Below, piece by piece: positions 50,454-61,065 of a stretch of DNA of 61,085 nt. Position numbers and translations under genes: made by a program. The notes beneath the pieces are model-generated. The model saw only the letters and a program-made list of their open reading frames with translations, had not been told where the DNA came from and did not search any database. Origin of the DNA: Microcystaceae cyanobacterium (GTDB lineage Bacteria; Cyanobacteriota; Cyanobacteriia; Cyanobacteriales; Microcystaceae); the NCBI GenBank assembly GCA_041746575.1, contig JBGTGT010000129.1, positions 1 through 61,085 on the forward strand, read 5' to 3'. How positions within the stretch are numbered: position 1 is the stretch's first letter; each line of letters starts with the position of its first letter.

Positions 50454-51968
50454 ATGAGGATTAGAGCATTGACTCTGTTAGAAGCGAACGTTCATCACCA
50501 ATTACGGAGATTTTTGCGAGAGAAGCAGCAACCTCTGTGGAGTCATCATCTGACGATGGCACGGTTGGTGTCGCGGACGTTACGCTTACAGCGTTCTACC
50601 CTCATTCAAACGGGACGACCCATTCTCTGTTACTGTTATAGCTATCTTACGCCTGCCCTTTTAAGCGATCAATCCATTATTTTGGTTGTGCCGACGGCAT
50701 TTCACAAAAGACTTTTTGAAGAAGAAATTCCGCAATTGCAAAAGTGGCTAGGGACTAATAAACCTATTATTTCAGCAGATCAGCATTTTTCGTCAGATAA
50801 CTTAGGGGGACTTTGGATTATTTCTCCCGAAAGATGGTTAAGCGATCGCCTTTTAACGTCACAAACTGTATTCCCTCCTTTTCCTACCCTCATTGAGCAA
50901 GCAGAAAATTTGGCAGATTGGACGACTCAGATTTTGACTTTTCGTTTAACGTTTCAAGATTGGCAAGAAATCAGTCAATTTTATGAAGATGCCTTGAATG
51001 ACATCCGAGAAATTAGGGTCAAATTAACCCAATCCTTCTTTAGTCATCCTCCGAATCCCTATCACTGTTATTTATTAGACGAAAATGATTTATTTTTATT
51101 AGAACAATTGAAGCAAATTGTCGAAGATAAAATTCATTTAATTCCTTTTTTTCAACAATGGAAACAGGAAAATCGCTTATATTGGGTAAAAATTCAACGC
51201 CAGACAGGACACTTTACCTTGCAAAGCAGTCCCCTTGAAGTGGCTTCTTATTTAACTCCTATTTGGCAACAGCAACCCATCGTATTAATGGGCAGTTTTT
51301 TAGATCAAGAAAAAGAGGCACAACGTTATCAAAATAGACTGGGTTTACAACAAAAAGATTTGCTCTGTTTAAAATTTACTCCCCATCGCCAAAATGAATA
51401 TATTTCCCTTTACCTACCCGATAAATTGCCTTTACCCAATACTCCTGAATTTCAAGGCATTTTACAAGCACAAATTAATCATTTACTCAAAATTTGTCAA
51501 GCCTCAAACCAACCTATTGTTATTTTAATCGAGGATGTTCCTTTACAAGCTCAAGTCGGATCTTATCTGGCCGCCCAATGGGGAACTAGGGTGCAAGTTA
51601 ATCGGATATCTACAGAAAATAACACCATTTTGGTTTGTTGTCGGAATTTTTGGCAGCAACATCAAACTCATTTCCCTGTCCCTCGACTGTTAATTATGGC
51701 AACATTGCCAATTCCTTCCCTCGAAAATCCACGAGTGGCGGGTCAAGTCGCTTATTATAAACAAAAACGGATGGATTGGTTTCGTTCTTACTTATTACCC
51801 ACCGCTATCAGTCATCTTCAGCGCGCCGTGATGCCCTTACGAGAAACACAAGGATTAGTGGCAATTTTGGATAATCGGGTAAACAATCGCAGTTATGGTT
51901 CAACCATTTTAACGGCTCTTGATCCTTATGTTAGGATGAATTATTTAGATGAGAATTCTTTCTCTTAA
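50454..51968 (+). CDS. DinG/YoaA-like helicase-family protein with degenerate motifs
   Basis: C-terminal LP.P...NP, LP.A...LQRA..P.R...G..AILD.R...RSYG; no clear Walker A or DEAH. Confidence 0.72.
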   Translation: MRIRALTLLEANVHHQLRRFLREKQQPLWSHHLTMARLVSRTLRLQRSTLIQTGRPILCYCYSYLTPALLSDQSIILVVPTAFHKRLFEEEIPQLQKWLGTNKPIISADQHFSSDNLGGLWIISPERWLSDRLLTSQTVFPPFPTLIEQAENLADWTTQILTFRLTFQDWQEISQFYEDALNDIREIRVKLTQSFFSHPPNPYHCYLLDENDLFLLEQLKQIVEDKIHLIPFFQQWKQENRLYWVKIQRQTGHFTLQSSPLEVASYLTPIWQQQPIVLMGSFLDQEKEAQRYQNRLGLQQKDLLCLKFTPHRQNEYISLYLPDKLPLPNTPEFQGILQAQINHLLKICQASNQPIVILIEDVPLQAQVGSYLAAQWGTRVQVNRISTENNTILVCCRNFWQQHQTHFPVPRLLIMATLPIPSLENPRVAGQVAYYKQKRMDWFRSYLLPTAISHLQRAVMPLRETQGLVAILDNRVNNRSYGSTILTALDPYVRMNYLDENSFS

Positions 51969-52029
51969 GGCTAAGTTGTTGAGCATTTAAAAATCGATTT
52001 AGAATTTCCGCCTCGTTTCTCTGACTCAT

Positions 52030-53181
52030 CTATCCTGATGGTAAAATTAAGCCAAATAGTCCCCCGCCCAAAATTAACCAAGCAGTATTGACTTTATAAC
52101 GAAAAATTGCAATAGCAGACAGAAAAATAATAATCAAAGCGATCCAATCCAGAGAAAATTCATCCGTTGAGAGAACAACAATTTGATACAATAATCGAAG
52201 GGTTACCACTGCCATTAAAGCCACTGCACTAACATTAACGGCATCTAAAAAAGCTCCCATCCACTGATATTGTCGCAGTTTAGGAATAAGCGGGTTAAGA
52301 GCTAAAACAAAGAAAAAAGACGGCAAAAAAATGGCTAAAGTAGCGACAATTGCCCCCGGTAATCCTAAGATCAAATAACCAATAAAGGTAGCTGTTGAAA
52401 GAACCGGCCCCGGCGTAAATTGGCCAATGGCAACTGCATCTAATAATTGTTGTTGAGTCAATCATTCATATTGATTAACTAATTCGCCTTCTAAAAAAGC
52501 AATTAATACATAGCCACTGCCAAATAAAACACTACCCACTTTTAGAAAAAAAAGACCCAATTGCCATAAAGAAGGGGGATAGAAAGGGGATAAAGAAATG
52601 CTTAACGGGGTTGTTCCGATGAGAACGGTTAATAGGGAAAGTGTTCCTTTTTGATCGGTTATATTTAAACCAATCATTCCTAAAATGCCGCCTAAAAGTA
52701 GAGATAAAACTTCGTTGACACCAAAAAGCAATAGACCGACAACAACCAACACAATCAGCCATAATTTGCTGTTTTTAAGAGCTTTTTTACCCAGACGATA
52801 TAATGCCCCTGCAATTACCATGAGTACCACGGGCTTAATGCCATACAAAAACGGATAGATCTGGGGTAACGTGCCGAATTGTGTGTAGATAATCGCTAAG
52901 ATAACTGTAAGGGTAACCGCCGGTAAGATAAAGCAAGTTCCCGCCGTAAGCAGTCCTCCTAACCCCCCGTAAAGATAGCCAAGATGAATCGCCATTTCAG
53001 TGGAATTTGGACCCGGAATCAGATTCGTTGCCCCCAAAAGATCAAGAAACCGCTCCTGCGTTAACCAACGTCGTTTCTGCACGATTTCTTCTTCCATTAA
53101 AGCGATATGAGCAGCCGGTCCTCCGAAACCCAAAATGCCCAGTTTCAGGAAAACAACCGCAATCGAAATTAAGCGTTGCAT
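52030..53181 (-). pseudogene. chrA: Long-chain chromate transporter with premature in-frame stop
   Basis: FLKLG..GFGG, PGPNS, second domain FGSGY...ELVNQYE*LTQQQLLDAVAIGQFTPGP; both track ORFs are in the same frame, joined by TGA at 52464-52462. Confidence 0.88.
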
Positions 53182-53193
53182 AATTATAGACAC

Positions 53194-53233
53194 AAAAAAA
53201 GGAGACAAAAGGGTTTTGGTTCTTTTGCTCCTT
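53194..53233 (-). terminator. Probable terminator after HtrA gene
   Basis: AAGGAG-A-CAAAAG...CTTTTG-CTCCTT stem, T-run on minus strand. Confidence 0.55.
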
Positions 53234-53284
53234 ATCTTAAACTCTCGGAATCGAAATTTATAAAATTCTTAACCTTACTATTCC

Positions 53285-54496
53285 TTATAAAGCCCCAACA
53301 TTAACGCTCAAATCGAACGTTTTGCCGTTTCGCGCTAGGGTTAAGGGTAATTTTTGACCGACAGCCACTTTTTCAACAGCCTTCTGTACCTGACTGGGAT
53401 TGTTAATGTCTTGGCGATCAATGGCTTTAATTACGTCTCCTTCTTTTAATCCTGCTTTTTCTGCGGGAGAATTGGGCATTACCTTGATAATTAAGACTCC
53501 TTCTTCTTCAGAAAGATTTAAGCCTTGGCGTTCTTGTAATTCTTGCTTAATCTCTGGAGTCAAAGGTACCATTGAAATTCCCAAAAAAGGATGTTCGACT
53601 TTACCCGTTGCCATTAATTGTGCGGCGATGTCTTCTGCTTTATTAATGGGAATTGCAAAGCCTAAACCCTGAGCATTGGCAATAATGGCGGTATTCATGC
53701 CAATGACTTCTCCTTTTGCGTTTAACAAAGGACCACCCGAATTACCGGGGTTAATGGCTGCGTCGGTTTGTAGAAAATCAACCCGTTTGTCACCCACTCC
53801 AATTTGAGAACTATTGCGCCCAGTTGCACTAATAATACCCGTAGTCACTGTATTATCTAAGCCTAGCGGGTTGCCAATAGCGATCGCCCACTCTCCTACC
53901 TGAAGACCGTCGGAATTGCCAATTTTGACCGTTGGTAAGTTATTAGCTTCGATTTTCACCACAGCAACATCGGTTACAGGGTCGCTCCCCATCACTGTTC
54001 CTTCCAGCGTCCGACCATCTTTAAGGGTAACTGTCACTTTATCAGCTCCATCTACAACATGGGCATTGGTTAAAATGCGACCGTCGGCGTTAACAATAAA
54101 CCCTGAACCCGTTCCTCGCTGAATCTGTTTATCGGGCATAGTAGGCACTTGAGAGCCAAAAAAGCGACGGAAAAAGGGATCTTGGAAGATTTCAGGAGCA
54201 TTCGTCTCAACGGTACGAGAAGCATTAATTCTAACTACCGCCGGCCCCACTTCTTGCACTACTTTAGCAACAAAGTTCGTGGGTGTCGTAATAGGCAAGG
54301 CCGCTATCGGGTTAGAAGGCGTTTTTTCGGCGGCAAGGGAAGGAATTTCTAAATTTTGCGTTAAACCTTGAGCAAAAGCTTCGGAATGCTGATATAAGTA
54401 CGACCCACCTACCCCTATGCCTAATCCTGCCAACACCAAGGAAAAATAAGCAAAGGGTTGTTTCCAAGTATTAGAACGAACACTAGCGTCTCTCAT
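53285..54496 (-). CDS. HtrA/HhoA/HhoB family serine protease with one PDZ domain
   Basis: [44 protein letters not shown]-terminal PDZ; ATG at 54496. Confidence 0.95.
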   Translation of the reverse strand: MRDASVRSNTWKQPFAYFSLVLAGLGIGVGGSYLYQHSEAFAQGLTQNLEIPSLAAEKTPSNPIAALPITTPTNFVAKVVQEVGPAVVRINASRTVETNAPEIFQDPFFRRFFGSQVPTMPDKQIQRGTGSGFIVNADGRILTNAHVVDGADKVTVTLKDGRTLEGTVMGSDPVTDVAVVKIEANNLPTVKIGNSDGLQVGEWAIAIGNPLGLDNTVTTGIISATGRNSSQIGVGDKRVDFLQTDAAINPGNSGGPLLNAKGEVIGMNTAIIANAQGLGFAIPINKAEDIAAQLMATGKVEHPFLGISMVPLTPEIKQELQERQGLNLSEEEGVLIIKVMPNSPAEKAGLKEGDVIKAIDRQDINNPSQVQKAVEKVAVGQKLPLTLARNGKTFDLSVNVGAL

Positions 54497-54598
54497 CTTT
54501 ACAAATACTCCAATTAATCTACTAAACGATGAAAAAAGGATGAAAGTCAGCCCAAGTGAGGAGCTTATGGGAAAACGGCATAGGGCTGACACTTTCTT

Positions 54599-54642
54599 AG
54601 AATAGGGGGATAATGTGACATCGCCATGACAGGGAGATGAAG
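54599..54642 (-). promoter_or_regulatory. Putative OmpR/PhoB-type tandem site plus -10 box for the HtrA gene
   Basis: Minus strand CTTCAT-N5-TGTCAT-N5-TGTCAC, 10 nt, TATTCT. Confidence 0.5.
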
Positions 54643-55025
54643 TTTTGATTACAAAGGGAAACAGAAGATTTTGCCATTCTTCTAAGGGTTAAAAATACGC
54701 TGAGAGCGACTATGCCAAATCGGAGAGTCTTAATTTAATGCTCAATTAAAGAGGTAAGGGAGAAACGGCTGGAACAAGTGATCTTGGACTCGTCCTTGCT
54801 TAAATGGGAGAAGATAGGAAAATATGAGGGATAAGATGTTGGATTTGGCTGAATGATTAAAAGCCCAATGCCTAATACTTAGCCTTAGATAGATGTCAGT
54901 TCGGGTTAGGAATAGGTCGATGGAGAGAAGAAATCAGGAAAAAGGTTAAACCTTCACTCGCCGGTTGATTGTTCAAACAGAGAAATTATCGCTAAAATTA
55001 GAAAACTTAAAAAAGGAGTTAGATT

Positions 55026-55388
55026 ATGGTTAGTTTTCTGGTTACTGCCTTGGTCACTGCTGTCAGCCTTTTAATTATTGCTCGACTTCCGTTTGGCATT
55101 TCTATTGATAGCGTGGGTAAAGCCCTAACAGCAGGGTTTGTCTTTGGTTTACTCAATGCCATTGCTAAACCGATTCTATTTATTTTAACCTTGCCCATTA
55201 CGGTGATCACCCTAGGTTTGTTCTTGTTCGTCCTCAATGGGATTATTTTTGCGATCGCCGCTAAACTGGTTAAAGGTTTCACCTTAGAAGGGGGCTTCAT
55301 GAGTGCCATATTTGGCGCAGTTGCTCTCAGCTTAATTAATTCAGGAATTTTGCTAATTTTTGCTCGAGCTTTTCCCAATTTAGCTTAG
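55026..55388 (+). CDS. YvlD/DUF360 ('phage holin family') membrane protein
   Basis: GLLNA..KPIL.ILTLP.T..TLGLF..V.N; AAGGAG RBS. Confidence 0.9.
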   Translation: MVSFLVTALVTAVSLLIIARLPFGISIDSVGKALTAGFVFGLLNAIAKPILFILTLPITVITLGLFLFVLNGIIFAIAAKLVKGFTLEGGFMSAIFGAVALSLINSGILLIFARAFPNLA

Positions 55389-55449
55389 ATATTTTCAATT
55401 TTTCAAAGCCTTTCATTATCAAGATTACATTTATTTTCGGAGAAAAACG

Positions 55450-55500
55450 CAAGGACACAGCTATTTTGCCTGAAATCATAGCAATTGTGTCCTTGTTTTT
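55450..55500 (+). terminator. Long inverted repeat / terminator (REP-like)
   Basis: CAAGGACACA-GCTAT...ATAGC-AAT-TGTGTCCTTG then TTTTT. Confidence 0.55.
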
Positions 55501-55618
55501 GTAAGCTGTTACATATTTAATAAGAGTGAGAAGGTGGTATTCCATTACCCTAACTTCCCCGTCAAAAGACGAGTTCTTGCCTTAAAATGAACTCTATCCA
55601 TACTCTCTCAGTTTATTT

Positions 55619-57031
55619 ATGAAATTAGACCCAATATTTTCGATGAAAAGGCAAAATAGTAATACAGCTTGGGTTAGCCGAATTTTTGGACTAGGAATTA
55701 TCATTACGCTTGCCATTTTTCTCCTTAATTTTTATTTAGTCGGTTTTGGGGTTTATGGCGATGGGACAGGATATTACGCTCCCTTACGTTCAATTATCTT
55801 TGATGGCGATTTTAAGATTACCAATGAATATGAATTTTATGCCCAGTCTGCTTCAAAATTCGGCGGCGGAGTTCGTACCACTTATCCATTGCCTGACTAT
55901 AGTAAATATACAATTGGTATGGGATTAATTCTCTCACCTTTTTTTATTTTAGGGCATTTTTTAGGTCTAATTTTACAAGTTTTAGGTTTTAATATTGAAA
56001 CTAATGGACTGAGTTGGCCTTACGAATTATTCTACTGTTTAGGCAGTATTAGCTTGGGGATTGCCGGCCTTATTTTATCTTATCAAACTGCTCGGCGATT
56101 CTTTAGTCGATTTGCTTCATTATTAGCGGTTATTGGGGTTTGGTTTGCTTCCCCTTTAACCTTTTACCTTTGTTTAGAAGCATCTATGTCTCATGCCGTT
56201 TCTCAATTTTTAATTTCTTTATTTCTTTATCTCAATATCGTTACAAATTGGTTAAAATCCCCTCGCTTACAACTATTAATGGGATTGGTTCTGGGTTTAG
56301 CCGTATTAGTCCGACCTCAAGACGGACTCTTTTTAATTGTTCCCGTTATTCTTGGTTTTTTTCAACAAATTTCATCTAATAATGTTAGATTTCAAGACAT
56401 TCAAAAAGCCTTTTTAAATCCCATCTATTTAAAAGCAGGATTAATAATTATCGGCACAATGCTATTATTACAATTACCCCAAATTTTTGTCTATTTATCT
56501 CAATATGGAAGCGTTGCCAATATTCCTTATTTAAGAGAAGGGGCAGATGAAGGATATGGGGCCAGTTTTAACTGGGGAAATCCCCAAATTTTTAAGGTTC
56601 TATTTTCGGGTTTTCGTGGTTTATTAACGTGGCATCCAATTTTATTATTAGGACTCATCGGCTTGGGCTTTATGGTGCGTCAATTACCCATTTTAACCAG
56701 CAGTTTATGGATTGCTTTTGGTTTGCAAGTCTATCTCATCGCCGCTTGGTGGTGTTGGTGGCAAGGGGCAAGTTTTGGCGGTAGAATGTTTAGTAATTGT
56801 AGTCTTATTTTTATCTTAGGATTAGCCTCATTATGGGATAAATTTTATCAAAAAGGTTGGTCAAAATTCGCTTTTTTGTTAACGCTTTTCTTGATGTTTT
56901 GGAATGGATTATTGGTTTTGCAATACGAATCAGGCTTAATTTCCCCCGAAGAGCCGATTAGCCTAGCTCAACTCCTAAAAAATCAATTTATTGCTCTTCC
57001 TTATTTTATCAATCATATTACCCATCGTTAA
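55619..57031 (+). CDS. Polytopic membrane protein, probable GT-C glycosyltransferase
   Basis: GDG.GYYA.LRS, MSH, LVRPQD, LFS..RGL..W.P, W..W..G.SFG.R. Confidence 0.7.
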   Translation: MKLDPIFSMKRQNSNTAWVSRIFGLGIIITLAIFLLNFYLVGFGVYGDGTGYYAPLRSIIFDGDFKITNEYEFYAQSASKFGGGVRTTYPLPDYSKYTIGMGLILSPFFILGHFLGLILQVLGFNIETNGLSWPYELFYCLGSISLGIAGLILSYQTARRFFSRFASLLAVIGVWFASPLTFYLCLEASMSHAVSQFLISLFLYLNIVTNWLKSPRLQLLMGLVLGLAVLVRPQDGLFLIVPVILGFFQQISSNNVRFQDIQKAFLNPIYLKAGLIIIGTMLLLQLPQIFVYLSQYGSVANIPYLREGADEGYGASFNWGNPQIFKVLFSGFRGLLTWHPILLLGLIGLGFMVRQLPILTSSLWIAFGLQVYLIAAWWCWWQGASFGGRMFSNCSLIFILGLASLWDKFYQKGWSKFAFLLTLFLMFWNGLLVLQYESGLISPEEPISLAQLLKNQFIALPYFINHITHR

Positions 57032-57167
57032 ACACTGAGTCTATTGAAAAGACAATGCGTAATCGCTAAAATCTAACTTATTCAAGCATGATTAAGTCCT
57101 TCTCTATTTCCTTATTTTTATTCTTTCTATATTCAAATAGTAATTTGGAGTCTTAAATCGTCAAGCA

Positions 57168-57932
57168 ATGAATTTACTATCCTCTTCCTTTTCCTCCGAA
57201 GATTCCATGATTATTGCTCAAGCTGTAGAAAAATGGTACGACAACGGTTTCTATGTTTTAAAGGGCATTGATTTAACGGTTTATAAGCAAGAAGTCGTGG
57301 TTATTATGGGGCCATCGGGGTCGGGTAAATCCACCTTTATCCGTACTTTTAACGCCCTAGAACCCTATCAAAAAGGAAAAATTATCATAGATGGCACTTA
57401 TTTATCCCATGATCTTAAAAATATCGAAACCATTCGTCGAGAAGTGGGAATGGTCTTTCAACAATTTAATTTATTTCCCCATTTAACGGTTCTTAATAAT
57501 ATTACCCTTGCTCCCATTTGGATCAGAGGTTATCCTCAGAAAAAAGCCGAAACGTTAGCCTTAGAATTATTAGAAAAAGTGGGGATTGTTGAACAAGCCT
57601 ATAAACACCCCAGCCAATTATCAGGAGGGCAACAACAACGGGTAGCGATTGCCCGTGCTTTAGCGATGCAACCGAAAATTATGTTATTTGATGAACCCAC
57701 TTCTGCTTTAGATCCCGAAATGATCAAAGAAGTCTTAGATAGCATGAAAAATTTAGCTGAGGGCGGAATGACAATGGTTTGCGTTACTCATGAAGTCGGT
57801 TTTGCGCGAGAAGTGGCTGATCGCGTGGTATTTATGGATGAAGGTAAAATCGTTGAAATGGCCACCCCCGATAATTTTTTTAACCATCCTCAAGAGGAAA
57901 GAACCCAACGTTTCCTATCACAAATCCTCTAA
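57168..57932 (+). CDS. Polar amino acid ABC transporter ATP-binding protein (BgtA/GlnQ-like)
   Basis: [51 protein letters not shown]. Confidence 0.94.
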   Translation: MNLLSSSFSSEDSMIIAQAVEKWYDNGFYVLKGIDLTVYKQEVVVIMGPSGSGKSTFIRTFNALEPYQKGKIIIDGTYLSHDLKNIETIRREVGMVFQQFNLFPHLTVLNNITLAPIWIRGYPQKKAETLALELLEKVGIVEQAYKHPSQLSGGQQQRVAIARALAMQPKIMLFDEPTSALDPEMIKEVLDSMKNLAEGGMTMVCVTHEVGFAREVADRVVFMDEGKIVEMATPDNFFNHPQEERTQRFLSQIL

Positions 57933-57948
57933 AATTATTTAACCTAAT

Positions 57949-59190
57949 TCAAAATTCAAACATTGCTAAAATTTCCTCAAGGGCGATCGCAATATGTGTC
58001 CAATGAGTTCCCCCTTGACAAAAAGCGATGTAAGGTTCTCTTAAAGGTCCGTCCGCTGAAAACTCTGAGGTACTGCCATCAATAAACGTCCCTCCAGCCA
58101 TCACTAATTGACTCTCATAGCCCGGCATGGCCGCCGGAACGGGTTCTAAGTAAGATTCCACAGGAGAACAGCGTTGAATCGCTTTACAGAAGGCAATGAG
58201 TTTTTCAGGCGATCCTAGTTCAATTGCTTGAATAATATCTTTTCTAGGAGCAAAAGGGGCCGGTTTGACCCGATAACCTAACTGATCAAACACGTAAGCC
58301 ATCAAATGACTGCCTTTTATTGCCTCTCCCACCATTTGAGGGGCTAAAAATAACCCTTGAAACAGCAGACGATTTTGATGCAACGTCGCGCCCCCTTCCC
58401 TGCCGATACCCGGTGCCGTTAAACGACAAGCCGCCGCCGCTACGAATTCTTGCTTGCCTGCAATATATCCCCCAGTTGTAACAATCGTCCCCCCCGGATT
58501 CTTAATTAACGATCCGGCGATTAAATCGGCTCCTACTTGAGGGGGTTCTCGGGTTTCGATAAATTCTCCATAACAATTATCGACAAAACAAACCGTATTA
58601 GGGTTTTGTTGTTTAACAAGGCTGACGATTTTAGCAATATCATCGATAGATAAGCTTTCTCGCCATGTGTAACCGCAGGAACGCTGAATTAGAACCATCC
58701 GCGTGTGATTCTCAATCCCCGTTTTTAACCCTTCCCAATCAATCGTTCCTTGATCAGTTAAAGATAATTCTCGGTATTTGATGCCAAAATCAGCTAAAGA
58801 TCCCTGATTTTCACCCCTCAAGCCAATCACTTCCTCTAAGGTATCGTAAGGACGACCCGCCACTGCTAAAAGTTCATCCCCCGGACGTAAGATGCCAAAT
58901 AAAGCACAAGCGATCGCATGAGTTCCCGAAACCCATTGAACCCTTACCATCCCTGATTCTGCCCCCATTATTTCAGCAAAAACCCGATCTAAGGTATCCC
59001 TCCCTAGATCATCATGTCCATAACCATTGATACTGGCAAAATGGTGAACACCTACTTTATGATGATGGAAGGCAGCTAGAATTTTTTTGAGATTTTGCTT
59101 GACCTGAGTGTCAATTTCAGAAAAGATGGGAGATAGCGTTTTTTCTGCTACTTCTACTAGCGTCTGCTTATCCATGAGTTCAAAAAACAT
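57949..59190 (-). CDS. Methionine gamma-lyase family PLP protein (YnbB/'aluminium resistance')
   Basis: GYGHDD.GRD, SGTHAI, PYDTLEEVIG, QRS.GY, VDNCYGEF, GSLIKNPGG, MAGGTF. Confidence 0.92.
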   Translation of the reverse strand: MFFELMDKQTLVEVAEKTLSPIFSEIDTQVKQNLKKILAAFHHHKVGVHHFASINGYGHDDLGRDTLDRVFAEIMGAESGMVRVQWVSGTHAIACALFGILRPGDELLAVAGRPYDTLEEVIGLRGENQGSLADFGIKYRELSLTDQGTIDWEGLKTGIENHTRMVLIQRSCGYTWRESLSIDDIAKIVSLVKQQNPNTVCFVDNCYGEFIETREPPQVGADLIAGSLIKNPGGTIVTTGGYIAGKQEFVAAAACRLTAPGIGREGGATLHQNRLLFQGLFLAPQMVGEAIKGSHLMAYVFDQLGYRVKPAPFAPRKDIIQAIELGSPEKLIAFCKAIQRCSPVESYLEPVPAAMPGYESQLVMAGGTFIDGSTSEFSADGPLREPYIAFCQGGTHWTHIAIALEEILAMFEF

Positions 59191-59409
59191 AAGATTTCAT
59201 GATAATAGTGGAGACGGGGTGAATCATTTGCTCCCTATCCAACGTCTAGAAAGCGTGTAATTTGGAAATGTAAAAAATGTTTAAATTTAGCCTTATCGTT
59301 GACCAACAATGCTTACATTGGCATTTGAAATGATTTACATAACCAAATTACCATTTTCCAGTGTGTTTTAAAACACAAATTTTTACCGAGTTCACGTTCA
59401 GGTTTTTAC

Positions 59410-60249
59410 ATGACAGTTGCCATATCATCAAAACTTCCAAGAGACTGGATTACCAGTGTTTACATGGTTTTCATTCACGCCGTTGCCGCACTAGCACTCT
59501 TACCTAGTAACTTTAGTTGGGGGGCGTTAGGCGTTGCTTTCTTCCTCTATTGGGTGACGGCAAATTTGGGAATTACCCTGGGATTTCACCGTTTAGTTTC
59601 CCATCATAGTTTTAAAACCCCTAAATGGCTAGAATACTTTTTGATTTTTTGTGGCACTTTAGCGTGTCAAGGGGGGCCAATTCAATGGGTGGGATTACAC
59701 CGTATTCATCACAAACACTCGGATACCGACCTTGATCCTCATGATTCTAACAAAGGATTATGGTGGAGTCATTTCGGATGGATGTTACGCATCATTCCTG
59801 CCGATCAAGATGTCCCTCGCTACACCCAAGACATCATAGACGATCCTTTCTATCGCTTTTGTCAACTTTTCTTCGTTCCCATTCAAATTTTACTTGGACT
59901 GCTCCTCTATTGGTGGGGTGGATGGCCGTTTGTCATTTGGGGAATTTTTGTCCGTCTAGTTGTGGTGTTTCACGTCACTTGGTTTGTCAATAGTGCAACG
60001 CACAAGTTCGGTTACAAAAGCCATGAATCCCTTGATAATTCTCGAAATTGTTGGTGGGTTGCTCTTCTTAGTTTTGGCGAAGGATGGCACAATAATCACC
60101 ACGCTTATCAATATTCTGCCCGTCATGGTTTAGCGTGGTGGGAAATTGATGTAACTTGGATAATTATTCGTACCTTACAATTTTTAAGGTTAGCGACAGA
60201 TGTTAAATTACCTCGATTTGATGGAAGTAATGTAGCGGCGGAAAGTTAA
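59410..60249 (+). CDS. desC: Delta-9 acyl-lipid desaturase
   Basis: His boxes HRLVSH, HRIHH, HNNHH; DPH, VNSATH, GEGW. Confidence 0.93.
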   Translation: MTVAISSKLPRDWITSVYMVFIHAVAALALLPSNFSWGALGVAFFLYWVTANLGITLGFHRLVSHHSFKTPKWLEYFLIFCGTLACQGGPIQWVGLHRIHHKHSDTDLDPHDSNKGLWWSHFGWMLRIIPADQDVPRYTQDIIDDPFYRFCQLFFVPIQILLGLLLYWWGGWPFVIWGIFVRLVVVFHVTWFVNSATHKFGYKSHESLDNSRNCWWVALLSFGEGWHNNHHAYQYSARHGLAWWEIDVTWIIIRTLQFLRLATDVKLPRFDGSNVAAES

Positions 60250-60305
60250 ACGAGTTTTTTTCACTTAACTTAAATCCTTATTACTATCTATTTATACTCC
60301 TAGGA

Positions 60306-60335
60306 AATCCTCTTGATTATTCAAGAGGGTTTTTT
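60306..60335 (+). terminator. Intrinsic terminator after desC
   Basis: CCTCTTGA-TTAT-TCAAGAGG stem then T-run. Confidence 0.75.
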
Positions 60336-60494
60336 ATTGAAATTAGAAAATGTTAAATGGTATCTTTTGAGACCGGAAATTCAGAGGATTTATGAAACGA
60401 CAAATCATTAACTATAAGTAATAAATATTGCCTGTTTCTGATCAAATTGATCTTTGCTAAACTGAAAAAGATGTTTAACTAGACAAAACCGGCA

Positions 60495-60890
60495 ATGACA
60501 GATACCGATACCCCATCCAGCGTCAAATATGGTGAGCGTGCGATCGCAGAAGGAGAACTGATTACCTTTCCGAATCCGAGAATCGGTCGTCGTTACACAA
60601 TTAAGATTACATTGCCAGAATTTACCTGCAAATGCCCCTTTTCGGGGTATCCTGACTTTGCAACGATTCAGATTACCTATATTCCCCATCAAAAAGTCGT
60701 TGAATTGAAAGCTCTGAAACTTTACATCAACAGCTACCGCGATCGCTACATCCCCCACGAAGAATCAATTAATCAGATTCTAGATGATTTTGTTAATGCC
60801 TGTGACCCCTTAGAGGCAAGCATCAAAGGCGATTTTGCCCCCCGAGGGAATGTCCATACAGTCATTGAAGCTAATCACTGCGCTGGCTAA
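60495..60890 (+). CDS. queF: NADPH-dependent 7-cyano-7-deazaguanine reductase
   Basis: PEFTCKCP.SG.PDFA, VELKALKLY, HE, PRGN. Confidence 0.96.
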   Translation: MTDTDTPSSVKYGERAIAEGELITFPNPRIGRRYTIKITLPEFTCKCPFSGYPDFATIQITYIPHQKVVELKALKLYINSYRDRYIPHEESINQILDDFVNACDPLEASIKGDFAPRGNVHTVIEANHCAG

Positions 60891-61036
60891 GGTCAAAATA
60901 TTAGACCTTTAGACCTATAGAACAGGAGGAATAGAGAATTATCAAAAATTTTTGAGAAGAGCGAAAAGGGAGGAGAAAGTCAAAGGGTTATGGAGAGGGG
61001 AATGTAGAGGGGCGAAAAAAAGATTGAAGAAAAGTA

Positions 61037-61065
61037 TTGACAAGTCAAGTCGGTTTAGATATATT
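61037..61065 (+). promoter_or_regulatory. Near-consensus sigma70 promoter, probably for an rRNA (or tRNA) operon beyond the window
   Basis: TTGACA (61037-61042), 17 bp, TATATT (61060-61065); A-rich UP-like region upstream. Confidence 0.7.

Larger units (their letters stand above)
5273..60746. repeat. HIP1 octamer GCGATCGC dispersed through the window
   Basis: More than 20 copies seen by eye, e.g. 5273, 5595, 9321, 10530, 60739. Confidence 0.9.

Noticed and set aside
8441..52464. Two in-frame TGA codons as a sign of UGA recoding (code 4 or selenocysteine)
   Set aside because: TGA is the normal stop of clpP, clpX and others; Trp is TGG throughout; neither site is a Cys position.
54893..54910. 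ATGTCAGTTCGGGTTAG, resembling the MITE end at 18533
   Set aside because: No convincing partner inverted end or target duplication found.
55026..55388. 'Phage holin family' gene as a prophage marker
   Set aside because: YvlD/DUF360 proteins are common chromosomal genes; no endolysin or phage genes nearby.
55500..55514. TGTAAGCTGTTACA as an NtcA site
   Set aside because: GTA-N6-TAC, not GTA-N8-TAC.
59266..59284. Possible HLR1 (RpaB) site upstream of desC
   Set aside because: The ACA cores are 9 nt apart rather than the 10 expected for HLR1.
41224..60890. queA plus queF as a 7-deazaguanine DNA-modification (Dpd) island
   Set aside because: They are 18 kb apart among core genes, with no dpdA/tgt paralog; ordinary tRNA queuosine pathway.
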